A stretch of 64,000 nucleotides of DNA from Sphaeroforma arctica JP610 (lineage: Eukaryota): the NCBI RefSeq assembly GCF_001186125.1, contig NW_014040205.1, positions 1 to 64,000 on the forward strand, in the 5' to 3' direction. The notes below the pieces were generated by a model. The model did no database searches, was not told where the DNA came from, and worked only from the letters and a program-made list of their open reading frames with translations. This document shows, in pieces, positions 27,001 through 38,660 of this stretch; within the stretch, counting starts at the first letter, position 1, and the number at the start of each line of letters is the position of its first letter. A program made the position numbers and the translations under genes.

Positions 27001-29836
27001 TGGTACCATGGACTTCTGAGTTACAAATAACTCAGATATGCTCGCATGAGACCTAAGCAACCGTGAACCCAACCTTCCGCAAGCTCACCAAGGGACACGC
27101 CAAGCTGGCCAACGTACCAATAATGGAACAAATGACCTACTTAAGGGACCGTCGAGCCCGCGAACGTTGTTAGACGGACGCTGAGTTCAGCAGCACCTTT
27201 TGAACCATTACATAGTACAGCTACTAGACAAGACTTTGGGTTCGCGCACGTACGAGCGCACGCTATAGCTACACCCGAAATAGCAACTAATGAAAACACA
27301 TGAATTGCTTCAACTGTAGAGCCCGGACATACAAGAGGCGCAGATACGCACCTCGGTTCACTTAGCTAATCGCAGACCACAAGGTGGGGAAGGGTCACGA
27401 GTTGACTCTACTAATAGCCGCTCTCATAATCAGACAGGGTAGCGCCAAACACAAACCTGGCAGCAACGAGCTCAAGCGTCGACAACTACAATATGCGTTG
27501 GTTGTCATACACAGGCCCCGCCAAGCCCGCGCCACATCGTGCGATGCCACAATTATCGAGTATCGACCCAATTGGGGGGGGGGGGGGGGCGACAATCGCA
27601 CACGATCGCAACGGCCCAACATACACCCACCGCACACATACTAGGGCCAGGTGAGAGCAACGGCCCAGCCAGACAGTCCTCTGCAGTGACAGTACCGACG
27701 TCTACACAGATCAGCACAATCACACAGGAGGATGTATGGACACCACCGACGTCAGCAACAGAGACGCACATCAGTGCAATCCTTGCAGACGACTACGATG
27801 CCGATACATCTTCGGCCAATCCTGAACAGTCCGTTTGAACATCAGTAGCAGAGGCGCCCTGGGAGTCGCGTGGATGTAGCTTTGATCTTCGCTAATACGC
27901 TTAGTGAAGTATTGACGATTAAAGACCCAATACTCACGACGGTCTATATACAACTACAACTGAACGGGCGCACGTTCAGAGCACTAGTATATGCGGGAGC
28001 AAACAGAAGCTGCATCGCGACGACATCCGCAGAACTATGAGACCGTCCCATATGCGGATGTCGTCGCGATGCAGCTTCTGTTTACTCTCGTATCTACAAC
28101 TGCAACTGAATGGGCGCACGTTCAGAGCACCGGTAGATACGGGAGCAAACAGAAGCTGCATCGCAACGATATCCGCAGAACTATTAGGCCGTTCCAAAAC
28201 CTAGGAACGACGGAAATTCTACCTATCCGATATGGTACAAAAATCATAGATGGTTCACTGGAACTGATAAACTTACCAAATGGCATAGAAATTATCTTGG
28301 GGCAAGACATGATGAAAGGTCTTGGACTGTATGTAGGTGGTATTCAAACACCCCTTGCCCCGATAGATCATACAGAGTTAGATGCCCTTCTCGAACCGCT
28401 ACCACGTCGGCAAGCTCCTATTACAACGGAATCAGCTGGAGCACGACAACGGTCAACAGCAGAACTCGAGGCGAACGTGGCCATTGTTGACAACGCACGT
28501 TGACGCCTCGATGAGAGCGAGGTAACGATTCCGGTTACACAAGACCAAGCGATGAGCATGCGTATATCTACACGCAGCTTTGTGTCGGACAGATGGTTCC
28601 GGTATGTCGACGAGCAGGTCCAAGTAAACACAAAGCGCAGTAAACACAAAGCGCACGACACAAACGACGGTCAACCTTCCGTTGTTGGCAGTACCGAAGT
28701 TTGATAGTGAGGGTCTGCTTGGACATGAAAGCAGTCAATGCACTCGTTCCGGGGGATCAATTCCTAATCCCAAAGGTCAACGAAATTATCTCACGACTAC
28801 AAAGCAAGAAGTATTGAACGACCCTGGACATATCGGCCGCATATCATAGATTTCTGGTTCATCCGGATTCAAGATATTTGTTTAGCTTCACACACGAGAG
28901 GTACCAATACTCGTTCACATCGGCACCTTTCGGTCTACACGTGTTAATGCAGCAATTTCAGCGCACGTTGAGCACCATACTCAATGGATTACCGGTGCAC
29001 CAATATATAGATAGCAAAATAATTGCCAGCGACGACTACGACGAACACATGGCGACGGTGAAGGAAGCTCGATGCCTTACGTACCACAGCCTCAAAGTCA
29101 ATCCGGCCAAGTGCCACTTTGCGATAGCAGAAGTGATGATAATGGGTAAGAAGGTGTCAGCACAGGGTATCGACATCTTCTTTGAGAAGCAGGCGAAGCT
29201 ACTTGACTGGCTGACGCCGCAACGGTACAAGGACATCGCGTCGGCGTTAGGCTTGGAGAATTACCTCCATGAACACTTGCCCAACTTTGTGAATGTGGTG
29301 ACCCCACTACGAGAGTTCTGTAAACTCAGGCCCGACGAGTTGATTGGTGATCGACGGAAACTGAGACATACATAGGTATGGCAGGCGATGAAGGAAGTAA
29401 TTGTTAATGCAGTAACGTTACACTTCCCAGTGGAGGGAGTGCCGTTTAACCTAGAGACAGATGCAAGTGACTACGAGATGCGGCACGTTGAGTTGTTTCA
29501 GAAGCGCTACTTGATGTTCTTCAGTAAGACATTAAACCACGCCCAACAGAACTATGCTACATCTATGTAGGAGTTACTGGCGCTAGTGTATGGTCTGACT
29601 CACTTTCACGACCACCTCGATGGGCAGCGGTTCGCGGTCTTCACAGACCACAAGGCATTGAAGTACATGCACACACAGATCAAGCTCAATCCGATGATAC
29701 ATCGGTGGCACCATATAATTGCATCATTCAACTTAACCATTGCCCACATTCCAGGAGAAACTAATGTGCTGCCAGATATACTCAGCAGGATATAGGAAAG
29801 TACGGCGGAAGCGATGTAACGGAGATACTGTACGCA

Positions 29837-30216
29837 GACTATTGACAGGTATTCCCCAATTTCTTTGAGCAAGCCCAGAAGATCTTCGGGGCTTACAACG
29901 TCGACGTATTTGCGGCCCCACGTAATGCCCAACTACCTCGGTTTTGGACAAAGAATGATCGGAACGGAGCGTTTGACCGTGATTAGTCCTTAGTAAATGG
30001 ATGGATGAACCCACAAGTTAATACATAAGATGCTTTGTAAGGTAAGAGCGGATGGAGCGATCGCTACAGTGTGCCTTGGTTTGACCTATTTAATCAGTTA
30101 CTCCTGGTGTAACCGGTGTTAGTGCCTCGTGGCCCACACACATCTTTGAAGTACGCTAAATATGCGTGCGGGACGACACCTTGGGTCACACGGTGATATC
30201 GCGTTTAGGCCCGCCC
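29837..30216 (+). pseudogene. Dam-like DNA N6-adenine methyltransferase domain of Gypsy A (disrupted)
   Basis: Manual translation: DY*QVFPNFFEQAQKIFGAYNVDVFAAPRNAQLPRFWTKNDRNGAFDRD*SLVNGWMNP / KLIHKMLCKVRADGAIATVC / PWFDLFNQLLLV*PVLVPRGPHTSLKYAKYACGTTPW / HTVISRLG (/ = frameshift). Collinear with the MTase of Gypsy B. Confidence 0.8.
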
Positions 30217-30475
30217 AGTGGATTTGAGTTGGACCCTCGTTTCTCACAGTGACTCGGATATGCAGAGCCTCGTCACATACCATACTACCGATGCTTAGAC
30301 ACGGCGCAAGATTTGTCTGTAGCCAGGGCTAACACGGATGAACAACCAGCATTCGCACAGGCAACCCCAGATGAACAACTATGACGGACACGACTGACGC
30401 AGGCCCAGCACGAACAAGACCGCCATGAGGCGGCAGACACAGTTCAACAACTACAGAACAATGTACTTGTGTAGC

Positions 30476-30560
30476 CTGGAGCATTGGAGCTAGCAACGGA
30501 AGGTCTGGAGCATTGGAGCTAGCAACGGAAGGTCTGGAGTATTGGAGCTAGCAACGGAAA
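30476..30560. repeat. 29-bp unit x~3 inside the integrase Zn-finger region of Gypsy A
   Basis: CTGGAGCATTGGAGCTAGCAACGGAAGGT at 30476, 30505 and 30534. Confidence 0.9.
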
Positions 30561-30869
30561 TTAAACGACATTGGATAATATGTATAGGTCAAGATACGCT
30601 ACGCAAAGGTTTCCACCCGATGATCAGTATTGATATACGATACCCATGGGATCCAGTCTATAGCTGGGTTACATCCCGATGCCGATTCTACATCCTATAC
30701 GTACTAGATGTAGCCACGGGCTTTTCGATCCTTCGCGCCACCCCGGACAGAACCAAAGCGACAACCGTGCAAGCCTTAATAGAGATTTTTGGTGCACACG
30801 GATTTCCACACATGATACAGACGGACATGGGGTCGGAATTCACATGTAACATGATAGTGGAACTTTCAG

Positions 30870-31577
30870 TGAAGGATGTATGGATGCTACACAAGGTGTC
30901 ACCATTTAGAGTATGGAGAGTAGCTGGAAGGTACGAGATAAAAGGATACAATAGACCTCTTCTCAAGTACGGTTATGTCAGCTAGGAAAAGTCCCTAGGC
31001 TGAGAGAACCGAACTGAGTCTTTATTTGTGTTTTCACTAGACTCAGGATTAACTTGAGTGTTTCTCTCTCACGCGGAGTCCCGGTATAGCTTACCGGTTC
31101 TACCGCTAATATTGCTGATGACTCTAATATCAGAAATATTCCAACTCTAATTCCACAATTCATTCTTTGATTATTCTGGGTTTTGGGATTTAGATTGGCT
31201 TTTTGATAATCTGGTCCCTAGATGCTACAGCCCCCCAACTTTATGCTTCTTAGCCTGCGTAGGAGTAGAAAGTGACATCGTACAGTACTAGATTATCTAG
31301 AGGTTGGTGTTTCTATACAGGGAAAATCTTGTCCCTTAGGGGGCATAAGATGAAAAACTTGCCACCATTATCTATTCCTACATATTACCGATTAATTAAA
31401 TTTATACTATAACAGGAGTTCTCTACCACGCTCATCGGAGTCAGTCTTGACCGGTGCTCTCGGTTGATCTCAACTTGGTATAGGAAAACGCTTCTCAACG
31501 GTGGCTCTACAGCCGAGTTTGTGATCCTTGTCCCTCTGGTGTGTTGGGGGAGCATGCTTCATGGCGAGAAAGTGGGA
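30870..31577 (+). mobile_element. Orphan 5' LTR (30870-31561) plus primer-binding site (31562-31577) of a third LTR element
   Basis: Begins TGAAGGATG where the Gypsy A integrase homology stops, and ends CATGCTTCA (8/9 terminal inverted repeat). Immediately followed by TGGCGAGAAAGTGGGA, which resembles the complement of a tRNA 3' end. No second copy in the window. Confidence 0.6.
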
Positions 31578-31604
31578 GTGTCCCGTGGTATCAGTGAGAC
31601 TTGC

Positions 31605-33485
31605 TTAGGTCCCCCGCCTCGTGCGCTTTCTGTGGCGCGCTGATCTTTCATCAGTGCTCGTCGTCGCTGGCTTCTTTGGCCTTAGCGGCCTTCTTTTACG
31701 CCTACGGCGTTGACGGTATGTTGTAATAACATCAGCATATGCGATGTCTGATTCATGCGTGCAGGTACGCTCACCATATGTCCATTGCAGTAGGTACTCC
31801 TGGGATCCATCTCCTCGGATGGACGGTATGTCGTCGACTATCGAGGAGAACTGAGTCTTCTCGTTTGGTTGTACGTGGTTTTTGGAAGTAAATGCTTCCG
31901 GAGCACTGGCCCTTTTTACAAGGCTAAAGCTCATCACTGTTCGAGTCAGAATATTCAGATACTTTAGTTCCATCAAGATTACAGATAAAATACCCGTTGC
32001 CCTCCCTGCATACTATTTTGTATAGTCCGCCATTTGGTGCTGTTACCTTGTTCATTTCACCTTGATAGCGTACCATGACAAGGTCCCCTTCCTGGAAGTT
32101 TACATACTTCTTTTGGTATTTTCGATCGTATGCTGCGCGCATCTTCTCTTGATACTGTGCAACATTATTCTCTAGTTGTGTCTTGATGGCTTCTTCTAGA
32201 TTTTGCAGTCGCTCTTTCCAAGATACTGTTGTACTGGGTACGGTCACTGGCTCGTTGTAGTCCGTGAGTTGATCCTGTCTGCGATCAAAGTACACATTAA
32301 ACCGTGGTGACTTGTTTCTTCTGGATGTACGCAGTTTGTGGCCCATCTGTACGAATGGAAGTCGTGAACACTGGTTACCTGGATACTGCTAAACGAATTT
32401 CCGTAGCAGTGACATGAGGTCTCTGTGTGATCGTTCGTTCGCGCCTAAGACTTTTAGGTTGGTACGGCCGAGAGACTAGGTGTTGCATTGGCGCATGTTC
32501 AACAACTTTTGAAAGTATGTTCTTAACATATTCATTGCCTTGGTTGTGGGAATCCATGTTCACACATGATTGGTACCAGCGTGCGTGCTATAGTAGCCGC
32601 TGATTTGTCCATCATTGGTCGTAAAATGACGTACGATGAGTGTACATCAAGCCATACTAACACGTATGTGTGTTCTCTGTTGGAATCCAATAGTGGACCT
32701 ATGGTGTCCACTTGGACTCTGTCGCCTGTAAATGCGGCTGTGATCGACTATAAGGAGTGAAATCTCTTTTTGTGTATCTTAATTTTGAGACATGGTATGC
32801 ATCCGTCAATGAACTTATGTACATGTTGCTGGATATCAGGCCAATCATGTCCATCTGCTTGCAACTTGTGTACCGTTTCCTCAGGAGTGTAATGTCCCAA
32901 GTTGTGGTATTGCTCGATGATGTTAACACGTGTCTCATACTCTGTTGCCTGTGGTGCATTTCCAGAGTGAACTGGTTCTGATACTGCAACGTGTATAGTA
33001 GGTTGTTCCCGCGTTGAGTCAAAGTATGGAGACTTTACTCCTATCTTTGCGACCAATGTGACACCCCATGGGGTCTTGCCACAAGCCTTCTTGCCTTCTG
33101 TGAAGAAAGTAATGTTTGTGTTTTCCGCTAGCATATGGCCTTCTTCTAGTAAAGACAAGAACTTTGGAAACCATGTTGCATTGGGGTAGTAGGGTACACA
33201 TATCGTGATGCTGGTTGCCTCTTCAATGACTTTGTCAAGGACATTAGATATGAGTCCCCATGGTAGGTTCGCCCATGCATTCACTTCATGCGCCCACTTT
33301 TGTTGTAGCGCATTCTGTTCTTTGGTGTAGTATTCATATGTGTGTGCATTGTGTGCCGATGCAAACAGATCTACTGTGAACTTCTCAAACCTTCGTTCAG
33401 CTTCTTGATAGAATCTAGGGTGTAACATTCAGTCTATGGCCGATATGGTTATGGGCATATTGTTTCCAAGGTGGTGTACTCTTGG
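31605..33485 (-). mobile_element. Ty3/Gypsy (chromovirus-like) element B, 3' part of pol: MTase-integrase-GPY/F-chromodomain
   Basis: ORF 32748-33428 holds the MTase followed by the HHCC finger (YHNLGH..CIPC). Core DRVQVDTIGPL..YVLVWLDVHSSY follows after one stop. FQEGDLVMVR..GLYKIV module (31924-32346). Chromodomain-like EYLLQWTYGERTCTHESDI (31605-31976). Purine tract GAGGCGGGGG at the ORF end. 5'-truncated at about the end of RNase H. Confidence 0.9.
33040..33434 (-). pseudogene. Dam-like DNA N6-adenine methyltransferase domain of Gypsy B
   Basis: D*MLHPRFY..FTVDLFASAHNA..YYTKEQNALQQKW..AWANLPWGLISNVLDKV..ITICVPYYPNATWF..GKTPWGVTLVAKIG. This contains the DLFAS (SAM-binding) motif and an N(P/L)PW motif IV in the order seen in DIRS-type and phage Dam MTases. 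Confidence 0.88.
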
Positions 33486-35049
33486 CTATTATGTATTGTC
33501 TCATTCGCACCTTGTAATACCTTTGAAGTTTTAATATTAAAAGTGATCACTAATAGCATATATCCATGCTTCTCGCATGCGCGCGCATGCTCACGCATGC
33601 TTTAATTGCATGCATTCTAGCTGATTCCTCATGATCAATCGTATCAAAAATATTAATGCTGTTATTTTAATTCAGGTGCAAGTACAGGAAATAATTAAAA
33701 GTATGCATTCATGCATGCTTGCTTTCACGCGTGTGCACGCATGTCATGTAATATATTTATTATTATCTTTTGTTGAAACATTGACTTACCATGCATCCCT
33801 AATACTAATATAATATCTATCGTATGTTTATTACAGATGCGTTGAAATCTACGTTGCGCTCATGCATCACTGTAGCATTCTCAAACACCGCTGATATACC
33901 TAGCACTCTTTTTCTCAACTGTTATACCTAGCATTCTCGACTCCCGCGACCACGCCTAGCATTCTCGTTCACCGACAATTAATTTTCATACTAAACTGCA
34001 GCTGCTTGGTGACTAAACTACAGCTGCTTGGAGGAAATTCGAGTGCATGCGGGCATCGCGTTCACTCGACCTATTTAGGACCGGACCTGGGGACCGGACC
34101 TGAGAGAGAAATTTATGACCGGACCAGAGGACCGGACCGATTTGTGGAATAGATGATTTAATCAGATAAAAGAGATGATTCATCCGAAATCATAGAGACG
34201 GATATTTTCACATAACCCGATGGTAGAGAAAGTCTCGTTCCACATAGGATCGTGATTAAAAGATATAGCAGTTGCGCCATTCCCAATGGCACTTCTGACT
34301 GAATTCACTTATTTCAGACTTAACACTCTTTACTAAGCGTAACTCGGTTTCGACCACATTTTTAAGTGACCGAACTACTGTATTTTTTACATTACGTTCC
34401 TCACAGGTTAAGCTAACTGAATTATATAGTTATGTAATTTTTTGTTACACGATGAAAGAAGTTACTACGTGAGCAAGAAAGCCTGTGTTCGATTGTTGAC
34501 ACGACTGAGAGACTACAGTAGGAAACGTATTTCTATATACGCTAATAACGTTTTATGTCGTCAGCCCAAGAGTAATTTGGGACTTGTTCTCAAAATAATA
34601 TAAGTATAGGTGGGTCAGCCCGAGAGAACGTAAGAGTAATTTGGGACTTCTTCTCAGATTATTCTATTTATAGAATACGGGCCATCGGCTAGCCGAGAAC
34701 CTAGGTCCGAGACTGAGCGTAGTAACAGATAATATGATATATTTATTTCTGGAAAATATATCCGAGTGCTAAAGTGTTCTGCATAAGGTTTCTCATACTG
34801 ATCATATGAGTTTTTACCCTGGCCAACCCAAGTGGTTGAACACTAGTACAACCACCATCAGTATATAACTGAGGGTGAGATCATAAATAAATTCTTTCGA
34901 ATGGACCATACTTTACATACACTAGCACTTTACTATTAGTCCCCCACACCGCACGCTAACAGCGACTGCTTGGAATTCATCGGCAATCACCATTTTCTAA
35001 TTTTGCTCTGATTCAATACCGGATGAAAAACCCAAGGCGGAGGTATATA

Positions 35050-38002
35050 CTACGCTAGACTATTTTGGTATCTGAGACTCAACAATCGATTTCTACGTTG
35101 GATAAGGCCATACAAAATATGGAAGGGGTTATTGAGCGGAGCGACAACTTAGGGCTGCCGATACATACGCAAAAAGCTAAGAAGGTTATTTGCTAATTCG
35201 GCTACTAATTCGAAAAATTCGGATTTTCTTCTTAGAATGGGTTGACTCGTCTGAAGGCAATGACACAGTCTAGACAGATGCGGATCATGCGATTGATAAG
35301 GACTCATGAAATATTTTTCAGGTGTCGACCAAAATCTATAAGATCCGAACTTACCAACTATACGCACGGGACAACTTCATATTGTTTGACCGTCAGGGGC
35401 TGAACCATCCAGCACTGTATAGGAACTCGTGGACATGAGACATACAGTTCAAATTTGTGCTGGTGGCTAAGGGAAACACCACAAGCTAATACTATGTAGA
35501 ATCGACACAGAGCTAACTTGAAATTTCATGACGACATATTTTGATCGTACAAAAGGTTCAACTTTAAATCGATTTACAACTTATCGAAGGTGAAAGTGAT
35601 TGCTAGGACGCCAACAGAGCTTCGCAAGTACACTATATCGAGTAATAAGGTTGGGAGCAAGCCTTGTCGCAATTTTATAAGTTTGTCAGCAGCCGTCGGC
35701 ATCGCAACTTAGGGATGTTCAACGCACACAGCGGACACTACCAGAAAGTCCAAAAGACTATATTTGGAAATGATCACACATTTTTCCTGGCGGCTGGGTG
35801 GATACTAGCGGTGACGCAGATGGTTCGCTCACGGCGACATTACTTATGTATAGCTCATTTCAACTATCATTTATCTTTGAGATGATGTACGAAAGATATA
35901 TGCGTGACCATCGTTCGAAAAGAGGCTTAAGAGTACTGTCATTATTACTTACACGATATGCTGGCGACTTCTGCAGGCGGAACTGCTGTTTGTATGGTTG
36001 AAATATTTTTTGAGATGTGGCACACAAGTATATAACTGCATGGCAAATATCGGCAAGGATATACAATTGACAGGTGTCACAAATAACCGCTTACGATTTG
36101 CTGACAAACACAGCCTCGGCAATATTATGAATGCTGCTAATCATTTATGCTGTAGACGCGGATGAGTGAATCTTCAAACTCACAACTGGAAGCGTGGTTT
36201 AAGTTATTGGTACTTACAATGCCTAGACTTTTCAATGGCATATGTAAAGTCGTTAGTCAAATGCATACACACATTAGGCTAACAAAAATAAAATATGCTA
36301 TGATCTACAATATAGGGCGGTGGGGTGAAGGCGGCAAGCCTAGATTCAACGAATCTATTCATATCGCACAGCGCCGACAGTGGGGCACCCAACTATGTAC
36401 CGATTTTTTTTCGACGGAGGTCAATAGGACCAGATCTTATTAGGTGCATTCCATAAACGAACTGACGAATGATACCACCTCCTACAAGCGACTATGACAC
36501 GTTTGGAAAGGGTATGGGCAACAACTCTTCTTCTGATGATGATAGCGACGGAGATGGCGATGATTCGGAAGTCGTTAGTCAAATGCATACACACATTAGG
36601 CTAACAAAAATAAAATATGCTATGATCTACAATATAGGGCGGTGGGGTGAAGGCGGCAAGCCTAGATTCAACGAATCTATTCATATCGCACAGCGCCGAC
36701 AGTGGGGCACCCAACTATGTACCGATTTTTTTTCGACGGAGGTTAATAGGACCAGATCTTATTAGGTGCATTCCATAAACGAACTGACGAATGATACCAC
36801 CTCCTACAAGCGACTATGACACGTTTGGAAAGGGTATGGGCAACAACTCTTCTTCTGATGATGATAGCGACGGAGATGGCGATGATTCGGATGGTAGTGC
36901 CGGCCAGGGGATATGAACCCGCGTAAAAAACCTACCGAGCGAAGTATTGGACGCATCAAAAGCTGATGGGTGGAGTATATAATATTGCATACTCCAATGA
37001 TCAAACAGGTTTCCTACTATTGTTGATGGAGATTATGGGATTGATGTTTCAGCGTCTTAACGATGCCGAACATGGTGATGACAAGATGGGAGCAGTGGGA
37101 AACGGGTTGCTGTATGATTATGCTATGAACAAAACGAATCTGCACCACCGTGTAATCTGTTCATCGACCCTTCGCCAAAACCGAAAAAGACAGGAGGTCA
37201 AGCGACTAAACATTTCCATACAGCTGAACCTCAAAATTAATTTAAAACCCCCCGAACTACCAGAAGAAACGGCTCACGCGAATCAAGTTTCAACGGCGAG
37301 AGGCTTAATAAGCTAAAAGCTTTTTGTTTCCCAGTCAGACAAAGGGGGGCTGGAACCGAAACGGCACAAAGAGGGGTGAGAGCCGTAGTGATGTAGAAGG
37401 GGGGGGGGGGGGGCGGTAACGAGGCAGAAGGTGGTGAGAGCCGTAACGAGGCAGAGGGTGGCGAATCAGAATATAAGACAGTGGACACCAGTATTGACAG
37501 CGGTGTGTTCCAACAGTTAGAACATAACGATCTCAAAGCCATTCCACCACATAATCAGGCTTCACTATCCCAATCACAAGGCCTACATACCTACCATGAG
37601 CTGACTCAATCGTCCAAAGTCGTTAAGTCGATGAACGTGCCGACAAGGTCTCCTGGTAAGAAGGTTCGAAAATGTGGTTTGTGCGGTGAGAAAGGGCATA
37701 TTGAAGGAGTGAAATGCATTTATATCAAGCGTAGGATATGCCCAATCCCCAAGTCAACGCGTTTGAATTGGAATCAGGAAATACCTGAATTACATTCTGG
37801 GACGCTAAATATGGATATAAGTGACAGAAACTTTAATATGATAGCCACTCAAGAAGCCCATTCCAATATTGGGATACTACTACAGTCCAATAGAAGATGT
37901 AACCTCGTTTTTAGTAGAAATAATATACCCACCGGATCATCTCAAACATCAGGGAGTCCACCATTGGGCCAGTGCGGACGAGATTACAAATTGAGTATGT
38001 AA
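35050..38002 (+). mobile_element. Heavily decayed, probable MULE-type DNA transposon coding remnant
   Basis: Fragments TV*TDADHAIDK (~35265-35300) resembling the second DDE aspartate region, and a C-terminal Zn knuckle RKCGLCGEKGH..KC in ORF 37481-38002. Many stops. Confidence 0.35.
36247..36890. repeat. Near-perfect tandem duplication, 322-bp unit x2
   Basis: GTCGTTAGTCAAATGC recurs at 36249 and 36571. ORFs 36162-36443 and 36469-36765 share identical C-termini. One C/T difference was seen. Confidence 0.95.
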
Positions 38003-38009
38003 GATGAAA

Positions 38010-38660
38010 AGTCATCCCATTGTAAACTTGTCAGCCAGACCCCAGTCACACATATGTTGTCCATATTACTTCATCTTATTTCAAGAATCTCATCCGTGTG
38101 GCAGCACTCTTTCCTGGCAGTATACAAATGGCAATATCAAGGTAATGGTTACATATGTGTTGTGTTGTTGCGTGCATAGCTTTGTCCAACGTCTCTTTCA
38201 CCCTCCCACTGTGGTACCTACCAAGATTCTTACTGATAGTCTGCCATGTATGGTACCTATCAGCGAAATAAAACTGGCTTTCCTTAACGTCGGACTGGCT
38301 CTAAAAGCCGTCGGCGAAAACTGACTCAGTTTTCAACGGCGCCCCCTCGCCCATTGATTTCTGAAAAGAATATAATGCAAACCTATATATTTCCTTCGTC
38401 TCCATATATAACAGCATAGCACCGAAGTACTTGATTTTACCGTCGTTGCCCGGCCCTACCAATATAGATATCTGCCACCCCCCCCACTCGTTGTTCCCCT
38501 TATGGCGGGCATACGACCAAAGTTACGTTATTTTTTCTCCATAATATTCGTCATTTAAAGAACACATTTCAAACCGTTGGTCGCTTTGTCGCGCAGATAC
38601 ATACAGATTAGGGTCCATGGATTGCGCCAACTTGAAGAAGTTGAGTAAGTCGCTCCTGAG
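38010..38660 (-). pseudogene. MULE/FAR1-like DDE transposase fragment
   Basis: Manual translation with stops and frameshifts: SDLLNFFKLAQSMDPNLYV / GLKCVL*MTNIM / LWSYARHKGNNEWGGWQISILVGPGNDGKIKYFGAMLLYMETKEIYRFALYSFQKSMGEGAPLKTESVFADGF*..FADRYH..AMHATT..W..FTMG. This matches the MULE domain motif order. Confidence 0.7.

Larger units (their letters stand above)
26013..30869 (+). mobile_element. Degenerate Ty3/Gypsy LTR retrotransposon A: gag-PR-RT-RNaseH-MTase-integrase (3' truncated)
   Basis: Broken Zn knuckle CFNC..PGH (~27306); protease LNGRTFRAPVDTGANRSCI (~28106-28165); RT LDISAAYHRF..APFGL..QYIDS (28820-29100); RNase H LETDASDY..FTDHKAL..IPGETNVLPDILSR (29450-29790); HHCC remnant and core YVLDVATGF..IQTDMGSEF (30400-30845). 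Many stops and frameshifts. The RT-RH-INT order is Gypsy-type. Confidence 0.9.

Noticed and set aside
31586..31596. TGGTATCAG resembling a tRNA-Met PBS
   Set aside because: Not preceded by an LTR-terminal CA; the better PBS candidate is at 31562.
32748..33428. Interpreting the MTase-bearing elements as DIRS retrotransposons or bacterial/phage contamination
   Set aside because: The MTase runs directly into HHCC/DDE integrase sequence, no tyrosine recombinase is seen, the Copia has direct LTRs and a 5-bp TSD, and the flanks are spliced eukaryotic genes.
29843..33431. TGA at the homologous conserved Trp at the start of the MTase in both Gypsy A and B (possible programmed readthrough or recoding)
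   Set aside because: TGG>TGA is a single transition, both elements have other stops, the Copia copy keeps TGG, and host genes use TGG for Trp. Worth revisiting only if intact young copies also have TGA.
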